This document shows, in pieces, positions 27,792 to 38,024 of a stretch of DNA of 62,297 nt (position 1 is its first letter; each line of letters begins with the position of its first letter). A program made the position numbers and the translations under genes. The notes beneath the pieces are model-generated. The model was not told where the DNA came from and searched no databases. It saw only the letters and a list, made by a program, of their open reading frames with translations. Origin of the DNA: Candidatus Pristimantibacillus sp. (GTDB lineage: Bacteria; Patescibacteriota; Saccharimonadia; Saccharimonadales; UBA4665); NCBI GenBank assembly GCA_035491975.1, contig DATJJV010000046.1:1-62297 (forward strand). Reading direction: 5' to 3'.

Positions 27792-28319
27792 CTAAAAAGC
27801 GTATTCGCGTATGTGGCCGTTGTGCAAATCCGGGGTTTCCAGCCAAGTTTGGTAGGACCGGCCTTCGTAGATCGTCCGCATCATACGTTCGGCACCGCTG
27901 TGGCCGACCACCAGGATGCGCATGCCGGGCAACGCTTCGAGATGCCTGAGGGCTTGGCCCATGCGCTCGGCAAAATCTTCCAGGCTTTCCAGGCCCTCCA
28001 CGTCGCCGGCGTCAATTGCCGGCAGGGCAATGTCGCGCGGCTGGTTGCTCATCGCGCCAAAATCACGTTCATGGAGGAGCGGTTCGAGACGAATCTCTCC
28101 CGTATAACCGATCTTGCTGGCGATACGCTCGGCCGTCACCTTAGACCGGGCGAGCGGCGAGGAAACAATCAAATCTACTTCTACGCCCTTCAACTGCCCG
28201 CCGGTTTCGTCGGCCTGCTGCAAACCAAGCGCCGTTAAAGGAGAGTCGTTCAAGCCGGCGGTGCGTTTCTCGACATTAGCCTGGCACTCGCCATGGCGAA
28301 CGAAGTAGACGGTTTTCAT
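27792..28319 (-). CDS. Histidine phosphatase family protein
   Basis: VRHGE, SSPLARS, LHERDFG, VVGHS. Confidence 0.9.
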   Translation of the reverse strand: MKTVYFVRHGECQANVEKRTAGLNDSPLTALGLQQADETGGQLKGVEVDLIVSSPLARSKVTAERIASKIGYTGEIRLEPLLHERDFGAMSNQPRDIALPAIDAGDVEGLESLEDFAERMGQALRHLEALPGMRILVVGHSGAERMMRTIYEGRSYQTWLETPDLHNGHIREYAF

Positions 28320-29833
28320 TACTTGGCGAATTCGATGGCGCGGGTTTCGCGGATAACGTTGACCTTGATGGTACCGGGGTACTGCATGGTCGATTCAATC
28401 TTGGTGGCAATGTCGCGGGCCAGCTTGATGGCGGCCAAGTCGTCAATCGACTGCGGCCTTACAAACACGCGGACTTCGCGGCCGGCACTAATGGCGTAGG
28501 ACTTTTCAATGCCGGAGAAGCTGTTAGCAACGTTTTCGAGTTCCTTCATGCGCTCGGCAAAATTCTCGGCCGAGATGTTGCGGGCGCCAGGGCGCGAGGC
28601 GCTTATAGCGTCAACAACGCGAATTATCAAGGCTTCCGTGCTGGTGGCCTCGACGTCGTCGTGGTGCTGTTCGGCAGCCAGAGCAACTTCTTCAGGCGCG
28701 CCGTACTTGCGCAGAATCTCGCCGGAAATGTGGTGGTGCTTGCCCTCCATTTTGTGAGTCAGGGCCTTGCCGAGGTCGTGGACCAGGGCAGCATACTTAG
28801 CCGTCTTGACGTTGGCGCCAACCTCTTCGGCGATGATGCCGGCGATATGGGCCATCTCGGTGGAGTGCTTGAGCACGTTCTGGCCGTAGGAGGTACGGTA
28901 CTTCAGCTCACCCAACAGGTGCAAAATTTCCTTAGGAACACCGATGACACCGACTTCTCGGGCGGCATCTTCGCCAGCACGAACCACATCTTTCTCGACG
29001 TTCTTCTGTGCCTTGTCTACTACTTCTTCGATACGGCCCGGGTGAATACGGCCGTCTTTCATCAGCATCTCAAGTGCCTGGCGGGCAACTTCGCGGCGGA
29101 CCGGGTCGAAGCTGCTGAGAACGACGTAGCCCGGAGTGTCGTCAACCATAATGTCGACGCCGGTAGCCCGTTGCAGAGCCTGGATGTTGCGTCCTTCTTT
29201 ACCGATAATACGGCCCTTCATCTCTTCGTCTTCGAGCTTGACGGACGTTACGGTCCGTTCGGCCGTAACTTCGCTAGCCATGCGCTCCATAGCAGTAACG
29301 ATGATCAGCCCAGCCTGCTCTTCGGCATTTTCTTTGGCTTCGTTTTGCAGTTTAGAAATCAGGCCGGTGAGATCGTGCTTGATGTCGCGCTCGGTCATTT
29401 GCATCAGCTTTTCAGCAGCGTCATCTTTGCTGAGTTTAGCGATCTTCTCCAGCTTTTCCTGCTGCCGGCCGCGGATCTCGCGAATCTCGTCTTTTAGGCC
29501 TTCAACTTCGCCCTCGGACACGCGCAGTTTTTCGGTGCGCTTGTCCAACTCGTCCAACTTCTTGTCGAGCGTATCTTCGCGAGCAACCAAGCGCTGCTCG
29601 ATGTCTTTGAGCTCTCGGCGGCGGGCCTGCTCTTCTTTACGTCCCTCTTCTATTAAACGAGCCGCTTCCTCGCGGGCCTCGTCTTTTAATTTAGCTGCAT
29701 CTTTCTGAGCTTTAGATAACTCCTTAGCCGCCTGATCCTGGGCCGAGCCCAGACGCTGTTTAGTAAGAATCGTATTCGCACCAAAACCAGCAGCAACACC
29801 TAGTGCTGCCAACACTAATGTAATTGGATCCAT
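28319..29833 (-). CDS. rny: Ribonuclease Y
   Basis: TM, coiled coil, KH (GRIIGKEGRNI), HD (VHDLGK), SASRPGAR. Confidence 0.97.
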   Translation of the reverse strand: MDPITLVLAALGVAAGFGANTILTKQRLGSAQDQAAKELSKAQKDAAKLKDEAREEAARLIEEGRKEEQARRRELKDIEQRLVAREDTLDKKLDELDKRTEKLRVSEGEVEGLKDEIREIRGRQQEKLEKIAKLSKDDAAEKLMQMTERDIKHDLTGLISKLQNEAKENAEEQAGLIIVTAMERMASEVTAERTVTSVKLEDEEMKGRIIGKEGRNIQALQRATGVDIMVDDTPGYVVLSSFDPVRREVARQALEMLMKDGRIHPGRIEEVVDKAQKNVEKDVVRAGEDAAREVGVIGVPKEILHLLGELKYRTSYGQNVLKHSTEMAHIAGIIAEEVGANVKTAKYAALVHDLGKALTHKMEGKHHHISGEILRKYGAPEEVALAAEQHHDDVEATSTEALIIRVVDAISASRPGARNISAENFAERMKELENVANSFSGIEKSYAISAGREVRVFVRPQSIDDLAAIKLARDIATKIESTMQYPGTIKVNVIRETRAIEFAK

Positions 29834-30027
29834 GTTGTCCTTTCTATCGGTGCAGATCGGCCAAGAACATCGCTATCACTTCTCTAGTTCAACGGTCAAT
29901 CTGGAAATCGAAATTAGAAATTTTTGAAATGGGACTGCTAGACACCTCATGCAAATCCTTATATAGAAGTATACGCTGCTGCAATGGGCGCGGTCAATAT
30001 TGTTGCCACCGAGGAAATGCAGGGCGT

Positions 30028-30417
30028 CTATTTACGTTGCTGAGTGATGTGGACCGGGGCGCCGTAGTGCGGCAAGGCAATGCGCTCGTTTTCGCCGGCC
30101 AGCAGACGCTTGATGCCGGACTCGATCCAGTCGTCCTCGGCGGCCACAATCGGCACGTCTAGGCCATATGCCAATGCGTCGGCGACCGTAATCCCAATAC
30201 GCAGGCCGGTAAAGCTGCCCGGCCCTTTAAACACGACGATACCTTCGATACCCGGGAAATCTTTTTTCTGGGATTCGAGCAGGGCTTTGATTTTCTTGTG
30301 CAGCGTGTCGGACAGCTCGCGGTGCGCCTGCCAGGTTTCGTACGCACGCTGGGTCTCGTCCTGGTACAGGCCGATCTCGGCCTCCGGCCTGTCAGTGCGG
30401 ATAGTAAGGATAAACAT
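30028..30417 (-). CDS. tsaB: tRNA t6A biosynthesis protein TsaB (short form)
   Basis: GPGSFTGLRIG; adjacent to tsaE. Confidence 0.9.
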   Translation of the reverse strand: MFILTIRTDRPEAEIGLYQDETQRAYETWQAHRELSDTLHKKIKALLESQKKDFPGIEGIVVFKGPGSFTGLRIGITVADALAYGLDVPIVAAEDDWIESGIKRLLAGENERIALPHYGAPVHITQQRK

Positions 30418-30884
30418 TACTGGAGTGCCTCCACTAGATAGTGTAAATCCTCGTGGGCGGCGAAGGTAAGGTCGCGGTTGCCCTCCGGGGTTTGTTTAAT
30501 GGCGATCCGTAATCGTTCGTCGGGAAGCACGTGTTGGGCTACATCACCCCACTCCACTACAACCACAATCCCGGGGTCACCAACAACTTCGGCTAATTCG
30601 TCAGCGACGATACCAGCTTCGTGCAAGCGATAGAAATCAAAATGTTGGATCTCGAACTTCGGCGCCTTATAGACCTTATTAATGGTGAAGGTCGGGCTGG
30701 CCACCTTGTCCTGGCTGCCGGCACCGCAAGCCAGGCCGCGTACGAAAGTCGTTTTGCCGCCGCCCAAGTCACTAATCAGCTCAATAACTTCACCCCCCTT
30801 TAGGGCCGCGCCTAAGCGCTGCCCGAGCTGCTCGGTTGCTTCGGAACTGGTGGAACTTGTTTGCCACATCACGCCGGTACTCAT
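30417..30884 (-). CDS. tsaE: tRNA t6A biosynthesis ATPase TsaE
   Basis: DLGGGKTTF, VASPTF, HFDFYRL, VEWG. Confidence 0.95.
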   Translation of the reverse strand: MSTGVMWQTSSTSSEATEQLGQRLGAALKGGEVIELISDLGGGKTTFVRGLACGAGSQDKVASPTFTINKVYKAPKFEIQHFDFYRLHEAGIVADELAEVVGDPGIVVVVEWGDVAQHVLPDERLRIAIKQTPEGNRDLTFAAHEDLHYLVEALQ

Positions 30885-32424
30885 ATGCCCCGTATAGTAC
30901 CGCGGAAACACCTATCAGAGCAAGCACGCCCGGATGAAGCGGGTCTCGCGGCGCCACCGCAGCCAGGTTTTGAACGGTATCGTTGACTGCCGGCTTGCCG
31001 CTGGTTTTGACCTTAGCTGTTTTGGGCTTGGCCGCCACGGTCGTTGTTGCCTTTGCCTTCGGCTTGGCCTTGGTAGATACCGAAGCGACCTTGGCGGTCT
31101 GCGGCGGGCTTGCCATGTTCGGCGCGTTCGGCGTGGGCAGTGTAGTCCATTGCCAGGTACCGTTGATGAGCGCCCAGGCCTGGGATTCTTTGGCTGCCGG
31201 GTATGGGTCGGTTTGGCCCAGCAGCTGGCCTTCGGGATCAAGCAAACGGACCTGGCCGCCGCTATTCGAAAGGCTCAGGCCGGTGTCTGCCGAAAAGAGC
31301 GCCGCATAAGCGTGCGGCGACAGCTCAGCGCCATCCGCAAAGGTGAAATGGTGGATGGTCGTAAGGCCAGTCTCCAAACCGTAGCCGCTCAGATCAAACA
31401 CCGTGTCATTGGGATTATAGAGTTCCGCGTACTCGTCGGCCTCATCGGATTGCGGGGCGGCCGGATCCGGCAGCAACTCAGTCACTACCGGCGCCAGCAG
31501 TCCGGCGTTGGGCGGTACGGTTTCGGGCTGGTCTGGTGTCGTTTCTAGTGGGTCAGAAATCGGATCGGCAGGCGATTCGGCAGTCGGATCCGAAATGGTC
31601 TCAGAGCCGGAATCAGACGCTGGGTCAGGGCTCGGGGCGGGGTCCGAAGGGGTCGTGGCCGATGACGGCACGGTGCAGCCGGCAATAGTCACGGAGGTTA
31701 AGGGCGAGGACACCCCTGCGGCCGGCAATGTCATACCGTCGGACAGGACGGCTGTATTATCGGCGCCGGGCGTGGCACCAACCGCTACGCTCGGAACAGC
31801 CGTGCTTGCGACCGCAGCGGCAATAGAAAAGTCAAAACTATTGTTATCGGTATCAACGTATTGGCTGGCCGTATCGCGTTTGCGCTGTAGTAGCTTCTCT
31901 TTGGTGTTGATGCTGGTTGAGTCGAGCGGCGTGCCCTCGCCCTGGGTAGCACTAGCCGCGGCCGAAGCCCAAGCCACCGCGTCTTGCACCTCCATCTGGC
32001 AAGTGTCCAGGTCTGCTGCAAACAGTGCGAGTGTTTTATCGGTTTTTGCCAGGCCGGCCGTATAGACTTGGCCTACGCCGGCAGGAGCAACACTTGAGCT
32101 ACGCAAAGTGTAATAACTGCCCGGCGGCATAATGACAGATTGACCATCCACCGAAGCAACGGCGGCAAGCAAGGCAGTTGTTTCGCCGCCGGCGTTAACA
32201 GAGCGGATTTGCCAGCCAGTAATATCAACCGGATCCGATGAACGGTTATAAAGTTCAACGAACTCGTCGCTGGCGGTAGCGGCGCCGGTTTGCACTTCGG
32301 TAATAATAACCGAATTAATTGGCACCCCGGGTGCATCGTCCGCCCTCACTGCCAGCGGGCAGAAAATTAAGGCAATAGCCGAGCCAAGACTCACCAATCT
32401 GAGCCATATATGTCTAAATTTCAC
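30790..32424 (-). CDS. Secreted protein with two lamin-tail domains and C-terminal TM anchor
   Basis: IITEV...EFVELYN...DITGW and VTELLP...EYAELYN...DLSGY, PTPNAPN; start approximate. Confidence 0.8.
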   Translation of the reverse strand: MKFRHIWLRLVSLGSAIALIFCPLAVRADDAPGVPINSVIITEVQTGAATASDEFVELYNRSSDPVDITGWQIRSVNAGGETTALLAAVASVDGQSVIMPPGSYYTLRSSSVAPAGVGQVYTAGLAKTDKTLALFAADLDTCQMEVQDAVAWASAAASATQGEGTPLDSTSINTKEKLLQRKRDTASQYVDTDNNSFDFSIAAAVASTAVPSVAVGATPGADNTAVLSDGMTLPAAGVSSPLTSVTIAGCTVPSSATTPSDPAPSPDPASDSGSETISDPTAESPADPISDPLETTPDQPETVPPNAGLLAPVVTELLPDPAAPQSDEADEYAELYNPNDTVFDLSGYGLETGLTTIHHFTFADGAELSPHAYAALFSADTGLSLSNSGGQVRLLDPEGQLLGQTDPYPAAKESQAWALINGTWQWTTLPTPNAPNMASPPQTAKVASVSTKAKPKAKATTTVAAKPKTAKVKTSGKPAVNDTVQNLAAVAPRDPLHPGVLALIGVSAVLYGAYEYRRDVANKFHQFRSNRAARAALRRGPKGG

Positions 32425-32561
32425 GGCACGATAGTATCCAAGGTTGCCTAGCGATTCAAGCCGAAAGCGCATTATTTAACCATCGTTTAATCACTTTGTT
32501 TCAAACCATGGACAAACATGAGCTCTTTGGTTCAAAGTGCACCTCGCGGTATACTATGGGC

Positions 32562-33077
32562 ATGCTGCAATTGAGTGGAATGATTATCAACCGCCCTGTT
32601 CTCAGCCTCCGAACCGGTACCGAAGTAGCAATCGCTCTCGCCCCGATCATCGATCCGAACAACCTCAAAATCGAGGGTTTTTTCTGCCGCGGCGGCCGCC
32701 GTAAGGTGCTGGTACTGGTTTCCCAGGATATCCGTGACGTCCTTCCGCAAGGCATGGTAGTGAACGACGAGGACGTTTTGACTGACCCGGACGAGCTGGT
32801 TCGGCTCAAAGGCGTCATCGGCATTAATTTTGAACTTCTGGGCAAGCCAGTCGAGACCGTCAGCAAACAAAAGCTCGGTAAGGTTGAAGATTATGCTACT
32901 GAGGTCGAAAGCATGTTTGTAAAAAAACTATACGTCGCCCAGCCGATCTATAAAAACCTGCGCGGCGGCAACTTAGGCATCGACCGCACTCAGATTGTTG
33001 AGATCACCGACAAAAAAATCGTCGTGAACGACGTCGACTCCAAAGTAACGGCCAGCGCTCGCGCCGTTGCCGCCTAA
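32562..33077 (+). CDS. PRC-barrel domain protein
   Basis: PVLSLRTG...IIDP and LLGKPVET...LGKVED tandem PRC-like units. Confidence 0.7.
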   Translation: MLQLSGMIINRPVLSLRTGTEVAIALAPIIDPNNLKIEGFFCRGGRRKVLVLVSQDIRDVLPQGMVVNDEDVLTDPDELVRLKGVIGINFELLGKPVETVSKQKLGKVEDYATEVESMFVKKLYVAQPIYKNLRGGNLGIDRTQIVEITDKKIVVNDVDSKVTASARAVAA

Positions 33078-33676
33078 GATTCGTCCTCTTCGCTTAACAC
33101 ACTTTTGATATCGTCATAGCTGAAACCCTGACGGGCCAGATACTGCATTAATTTCTGCTGGTCGGGATAGCGGCGGCGTTTCTTTTCGACGAGCTGGCGC
33201 AGGGCGTCGCGCTCGTCGGTCTCGTCCTCGGCCAACGCTTCGGCAACAATGTCGTCGGGTACGTGTTTTTGCAACAACTCTAATCGCAAGCGGCGTTTGC
33301 TCGTACTCTTGAGCGCGCGGCGGTTATTGATCCAGCTGCGGGCAAAATCTAAGTCACTCAACAAATTGAGGTTGCGCAGGCGGCGGATGACTTCCTGGCT
33401 CACGGCCTTGTCGGCATCTTTGCGCGCCAGATACATCTCGATTTCCCACTCGCTGCGCGGACGGATGGCCACATAGCGCAGGGCATTGTAGTAGGCTTTG
33501 TCCAGACCGGCCGCTTCTTTGAGCCGCTTCAGTTCGGCAGCGTCCAGCTCCTGGCCGCTGGCCAGCCGGCTTTCGATCAAGCCCGATTCGCTCAGACTAA
33601 ACGCATATTTCTCGTCGACAAATATCGAGTAGCGGTCGGTCCGTTTGACCTGCTGCTTGATGGCAGTAATCTTCAT
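33074..33676 (-). CDS. recX: RecX family regulator
   Basis: RYSIFVD, RPRSEWEI, DLDFARSW, YLARQGFSY; near recA. Confidence 0.9.
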   Translation of the reverse strand: MKITAIKQQVKRTDRYSIFVDEKYAFSLSESGLIESRLASGQELDAAELKRLKEAAGLDKAYYNALRYVAIRPRSEWEIEMYLARKDADKAVSQEVIRRLRNLNLLSDLDFARSWINNRRALKSTSKRRLRLELLQKHVPDDIVAEALAEDETDERDALRQLVEKKRRRYPDQQKLMQYLARQGFSYDDIKSVLSEEDES

Positions 33677-33685
33677 AGTTCTATT

Positions 33686-34228
33686 CTAGGCTACCAGGGC
33701 AGGAGCGGGAGCGAAAAGCCCACTAAAACGCGACCGGATATCCTTAAGAAATTTCGAGCACTGCTCAGGGTGATCGCGCAACAGCGCAGCGAATTCCTCG
33801 GGCGTAAACCATTGGGCGTCACTCACCTCGGTCTGTCCTAGGCGAAACTCGGTCTGTCCGCTAATCACAACTTTGAAAACTTTTAAAAAATTATTCATGT
33901 GCCGATCTTGCGACTCTTCGCTGAAAAACTCCACGCCAATCGGCCGCAGCGTAAGGCCTCCAAGCCCGAGTTCTTCGTGCAGTTCAGCCGCCGCGGCGCT
34001 TTCGTAGGTCTGACCCTCATCAACATGACCACCAACCGAGATGTCCCATCTGCCGGGATCGATCTCCATGCCCGCCGCCCGCTTTTGCAGCAAAATCCGG
34101 CCGGCCTCATCCTCTACCAGCACCGCAACCACACGATAACGCAATGCCTTGGCCCACGCCTCCCGCAGCATCGCTGTGCCGATTGGCCGGTCTTGCTCAT
34201 CGACGATCACCACTGGAGGGTAAGCCAT
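33686..34228 (-). CDS. NUDIX hydrolase (Idi-like)
   Basis: VVIVDEQD, ILLQKR, WDISVGGHVDEGQTYESAAAAELHEELG. Confidence 0.88.
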   Translation of the reverse strand: MAYPPVVIVDEQDRPIGTAMLREAWAKALRYRVVAVLVEDEAGRILLQKRAAGMEIDPGRWDISVGGHVDEGQTYESAAAAELHEELGLGGLTLRPIGVEFFSEESQDRHMNNFLKVFKVVISGQTEFRLGQTEVSDAQWFTPEEFAALLRDHPEQCSKFLKDIRSRFSGLFAPAPALVA

Positions 34229-34342
34229 GTTTTTGTTTCCTTCACAATTAATTGCTAGTAGTATCGCGCAATCGCCCTTCAAAGTCCATGCACTCTAAAA
34301 TAAGGATGCTATGCTGAAAGCAGATCAAAGCAAGGAGCGTTC

Positions 34343-34678
34343 ATGCACATTCCCTTCTCTACCGCTTACAAAATCGATACCGACGGAGGCCCTATCTGGG
34401 ACTACGACATCAACAAAGACGTCGGGCTTTCATACCAAGAGCTGCACAGACGAGGCCCGGAGTCCGGTCACTATCTCAATAAAAAGTGCCACGAAATTCT
34501 TTTTGTCATCCGCGGCTCGGCCAGGTTTACTGTGGGCGGCAAAGAATATGACGTGCACGAAAAAGACACCGTGGTGGTCGAACCTGGCGTACCTTATGCT
34601 ATCGATACAACCGATCTGGCGTATATAACGATTACCCGGCCCGACTGGTACGAAGAGCAGTACGAGTTGGTCGGCTAG
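34343..34678 (+). CDS. Cupin domain protein
   Basis: AAGGAG SD; HEILFVIRGSARFTVG...VVEPGVPY. Confidence 0.8.
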   Translation: MHIPFSTAYKIDTDGGPIWDYDINKDVGLSYQELHRRGPESGHYLNKKCHEILFVIRGSARFTVGGKEYDVHEKDTVVVEPGVPYAIDTTDLAYITITRPDWYEEQYELVG

Positions 34679-34681
34679 CGG

Positions 34682-35005
34682 CTACTTCCAGACGCGCTTT
34701 TTGTTCTTTTCTTCTTTGGCGCGGACAGCTTGTTCGAGATCGATGTGCAGATCGTTGCACAGCGCCAACAGCAGGATTAGCACGTCGGCCGCTTCATGCT
34801 CCAGCTCTCCAGCCACACTGTCGGCAGCAAACTTGATGCCTTGGGACTTACGGGCGGCCTTGGCAAACTCGCCGGCTTCCTCGAGCAGCAGCATAAACCT
34901 TTCAGGGACACTCTCCTCGTCAAAGCCGCGATCTTTGACCATCTGAGCCACATACGCTTGCAAGTCGGCAAGCGTGGGACCTTCTTTTAGATGCAGTTCA
35001 CTCAT
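34682..35005 (-). CDS. MazG-like NTP pyrophosphohydrolase
   Basis: LLEEAGEFAKA...EHEAADV. Confidence 0.88.
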   Translation of the reverse strand: MSELHLKEGPTLADLQAYVAQMVKDRGFDEESVPERFMLLLEEAGEFAKAARKSQGIKFAADSVAGELEHEAADVLILLLALCNDLHIDLEQAVRAKEEKNKKRVWK

Positions 35006-35011
35006 GGCCGG

Positions 35012-36073
35012 CTACTCAGCGGCTTTGACAGCAGCGGCGTCGCGCACCTTTTTAGAGATTTCTGCCAGTACTTTGGGATTCTCTTGCAAGTAGGTTTTAG
35101 CAGCTTCGCGGCCTTGGCCGATTTTCTCGCCGTTGTAGGCGAACCATGCGCCGGACTTTTCGACGATGTTGTCGGCCGCGGCCAAATCGAGCACATCACC
35201 GCTCTTGGAGATACCCTCGTTATACATAATGTCGAATTCGGCCTCTCGGAACGGCGGTGCGATTTTGTTTTTGACCACCTTCACGCGCGTACGGTTACCG
35301 ATGACGCTCTCGCCCTGCTTAATCTGGCCAATGCGGCGGATGTCCATGCGCACTGAGGCGTAGAACTTAAGGGCGTTACCGCCGGTAGTGGTTTCCGGGT
35401 TACCAAACATTACACCGATCTTCATGCGGATCTGGTTGATGAAGATCACTGTCGCTTTACTGCGGTTGATCACGCCGGTCAGCTTACGCAGCGCCTGACT
35501 CATTAAGCGAGCCTGCAAGCCAGGCAGCGAGTCGCCCATTTCGCCTTCGATTTCGGCACGCGGCACCAGTGCAGCCACTGAGTCGACAACGATAATATCC
35601 ACCGCATTGGAACGTACCAAAGTCTCGGTGATTTCCAGCGCCTGTTCGCCGTTGTCCGGTTGGCTGAGCAGCAGGTTATCGACGTCAACGCCAATACGCT
35701 TAGCATAGGATGGGTCGAGGGCATGCTCGGCATCTATAAATGCTGCTGTACCGCCGGCGCGCTGGATCTCAGCGATGGCATGCAGCGTCAACGTCGTCTT
35801 ACCAGAACTTTCCGGCCCGTAAATCTCGACGATGCGTCCCCGCGGAATACCGCCGCCAAGGGCGATATCGAGCGACAGGCTGCCCGTTGAAGTGGTCTCA
35901 ACCTTCTCGGCATAGCCTTCGCCAAGTTTCATAATCGAACCCTTGCCGAACTGCTTCTCGATCTGTTCCATGGCCATGCCCAGCGCCTTCGACTTGCCTT
36001 CGCCGGCGCCTGCGGCAGTAGCCTTCATTTCGGCCTCTGCAGCCGCCTTGGGATTGTCTTTACCCTTAGCCAT
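35012..36073 (-). CDS. recA: Recombinase RecA
   Basis: [43 protein letters not shown]. Confidence 0.99.
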   Translation of the reverse strand: MAKGKDNPKAAAEAEMKATAAGAGEGKSKALGMAMEQIEKQFGKGSIMKLGEGYAEKVETTSTGSLSLDIALGGGIPRGRIVEIYGPESSGKTTLTLHAIAEIQRAGGTAAFIDAEHALDPSYAKRIGVDVDNLLLSQPDNGEQALEITETLVRSNAVDIIVVDSVAALVPRAEIEGEMGDSLPGLQARLMSQALRKLTGVINRSKATVIFINQIRMKIGVMFGNPETTTGGNALKFYASVRMDIRRIGQIKQGESVIGNRTRVKVVKNKIAPPFREAEFDIMYNEGISKSGDVLDLAAADNIVEKSGAWFAYNGEKIGQGREAAKTYLQENPKVLAEISKKVRDAAAVKAAE

Positions 36074-36181
36074 ATAAATACCCTCCGGTTTAGTCTCTCT
36101 GTTTCGTGTATCTATATTATACCATTTTGGCTAATTCAAGGTTATTTCATGACGCTTATGGTTCGTATATAATAGAACCAA

Positions 36182-37501
36182 ATGGGAACCAAAGATTCTG
36201 TCATGGGAAGACTTTTAGGCAATGCAGAGAAGTTTACCGACAAACAAGTGTCGGAAACGCTGACGATGCTGGTCGAACACGGGGTGAAGCGCGGCGCCAG
36301 CGACATACACATTGAGCCGCACGAGCGCTTCGTACTGGTCCGCTATCGGATTGACGGCGTGCTGCGCGGCGTCCACAAACTGCCGCGGCAAGCCTTGGGC
36401 ATGGTCATGGCTCAGCTGAAAGGGCTGGCCAGCCTCAATACTCAGGATACGCAGATGCCGCAAGAAGGCGAGTACACCACCGACGCCGGCGGCCAGCACA
36501 TCGAAGTCCGGCTATCAACAATGCCGGTGTATGGCGGCGAGAAGGCCGTACTGCACTTATCGCAAGAAGCCGGTGACCCTGTGGACTTGGCAGCCCTGGG
36601 ATTCTGGGGTACTGCGCTCAACAATCTTAAAGTCATATTAACCAGCCCGCACGGGTTGATCCTGGTTGCCGGACCCCGGAACAGCGGTGTTTCTTCAACG
36701 TTATTCAGCCTATTGAAAGACCTCAATAGCCCGCTGGTCAACATCGCGACTGTAGAAAGCGATGCCCGGCACCGTCTGCCCGGTATCAACCAGACCTATC
36801 TGGGAGGTGGTATGTCCACCCAAGACGGCCTGCAGGCCGCCCTCAAGCAAGATCCCAACATAATCATGGTCGACAACATACCAGACGGCGCCACTGCCAA
36901 CCTGGCCGTCCATGCCGCCACCACCGGCCACCTGGTGATCGCCGGGCTGCACGCCGATGGGAGTCTGTCGGCGCTATTACGTTTGCGTCATGCCGGGGTT
37001 GAACCATATCTGCTGATGACCGGCTTGCGCGCCGGTGTCGGTCAGCGCCTGGTGCGTAAGCTTTGTCCTGACTGTCGCGAGCGTTACGCCTTAAGTGAAG
37101 AGGAATGCCAGCAGTTGGAAGAAAGTTTTGGCATAAGTACGTCCCCTGCCCGCAAGCGCCTGCACGAACTGGAGCAAGCAGCCATGGCGAGCTTGGGCAA
37201 CTCTGCACCTTTGAGCAGCACTCCAAACCAGGTAACCCATCTCTGGCGGCCAAGCGAGGCCGGCTGCGAAACCTGCGGCCACAGCGGCTACGCCGGCCGG
37301 ACGGCGATTGTGGAAGTCTTGAGCCAAAGCGACGGCCTGCACAAGGCCATGTTGAGCCAGGGAGTTGCATCTGTTACCGCGCTTCAGAACGCCGCCGTAA
37401 AAGACGGCTTCGTACCGATGGGGCTGGACGGCCTGATTAAAGCGATGCGCGGCATAACCACCGTTCCAGAGGTGCTGAAAGCCCTGTCCGGTTATGCTTG
37501 A
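36182..37501 (+). CDS. GspE/PilB-family protein with degenerate Walker motifs
   Basis: ASDIHIEP, RYRIDGVL, QDP, TGHLV, QRLVRKLCPDC...CETC...GRTAIVEV. Confidence 0.88.
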   Translation: MGTKDSVMGRLLGNAEKFTDKQVSETLTMLVEHGVKRGASDIHIEPHERFVLVRYRIDGVLRGVHKLPRQALGMVMAQLKGLASLNTQDTQMPQEGEYTTDAGGQHIEVRLSTMPVYGGEKAVLHLSQEAGDPVDLAALGFWGTALNNLKVILTSPHGLILVAGPRNSGVSSTLFSLLKDLNSPLVNIATVESDARHRLPGINQTYLGGGMSTQDGLQAALKQDPNIIMVDNIPDGATANLAVHAATTGHLVIAGLHADGSLSALLRLRHAGVEPYLLMTGLRAGVGQRLVRKLCPDCRERYALSEEECQQLEESFGISTSPARKRLHELEQAAMASLGNSAPLSSTPNQVTHLWRPSEAGCETCGHSGYAGRTAIVEVLSQSDGLHKAMLSQGVASVTALQNAAVKDGFVPMGLDGLIKAMRGITTVPEVLKALSGYA

Positions 37502-37535
37502 CCGGTTATCCAGGCGAACTATAATCAGACGTACC

Positions 37536-38015
37536 ATGACCAAACACCCCCGGCACGACGGATTTACGATCATTGAACTCCTAGTGGTAATTGTGGTGTT
37601 GGTAATCTTAAGCGCCCTAGTGGCACTGACTGCCAGCGGTGTCCAGTCCAAGAACCGTAACGGCGACCGGCAGGCCGACATCGACACCCTGCGCGGCCAA
37701 CTCGAAAGCTACTACGCCGAGAACGATAAGTATCCGACGCTCGCCAATCTCCGCGACAGCGCCTGGCGCACCAAACATTTGCCCAAGCTCAAAGACGGCA
37801 CAATCACCGACCCGCGCTGGCACGCCGACATCGCCGCCTGCACCAAAAACGGCCAGCCATCGGTTGCCGCCGAACCAGCAGCCAACTGCTACAGCTACCA
37901 GGTCAAAACCTCAAGCGGCTCAGAGTGCGATAACGACAAAAATATGTGCGTGCATTACACCGTCACCGCCATGCTCGAAGGCGGCGGCAAATACGTTAAA
38001 AGCAGCCTGAATTAA
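37536..38015 (+). CDS. Type IV pilin / pseudopilin
   Basis: GFTIIELLVVIVVL prepilin cleavage/methylation motif; four C-terminal Cys. Confidence 0.9.
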   Translation: MTKHPRHDGFTIIELLVVIVVLVILSALVALTASGVQSKNRNGDRQADIDTLRGQLESYYAENDKYPTLANLRDSAWRTKHLPKLKDGTITDPRWHADIAACTKNGQPSVAAEPAANCYSYQVKTSSGSECDNDKNMCVHYTVTAMLEGGGKYVKSSLN

Positions 38016-38024
38016 ATCCCTATC

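Noticed and set aside
30028-30417. Short TsaB (and 232-aa HrcA) as pseudogenes
   Set aside because: Intact ORFs in conserved context with key motifs; compact forms are expected in reduced genomes.
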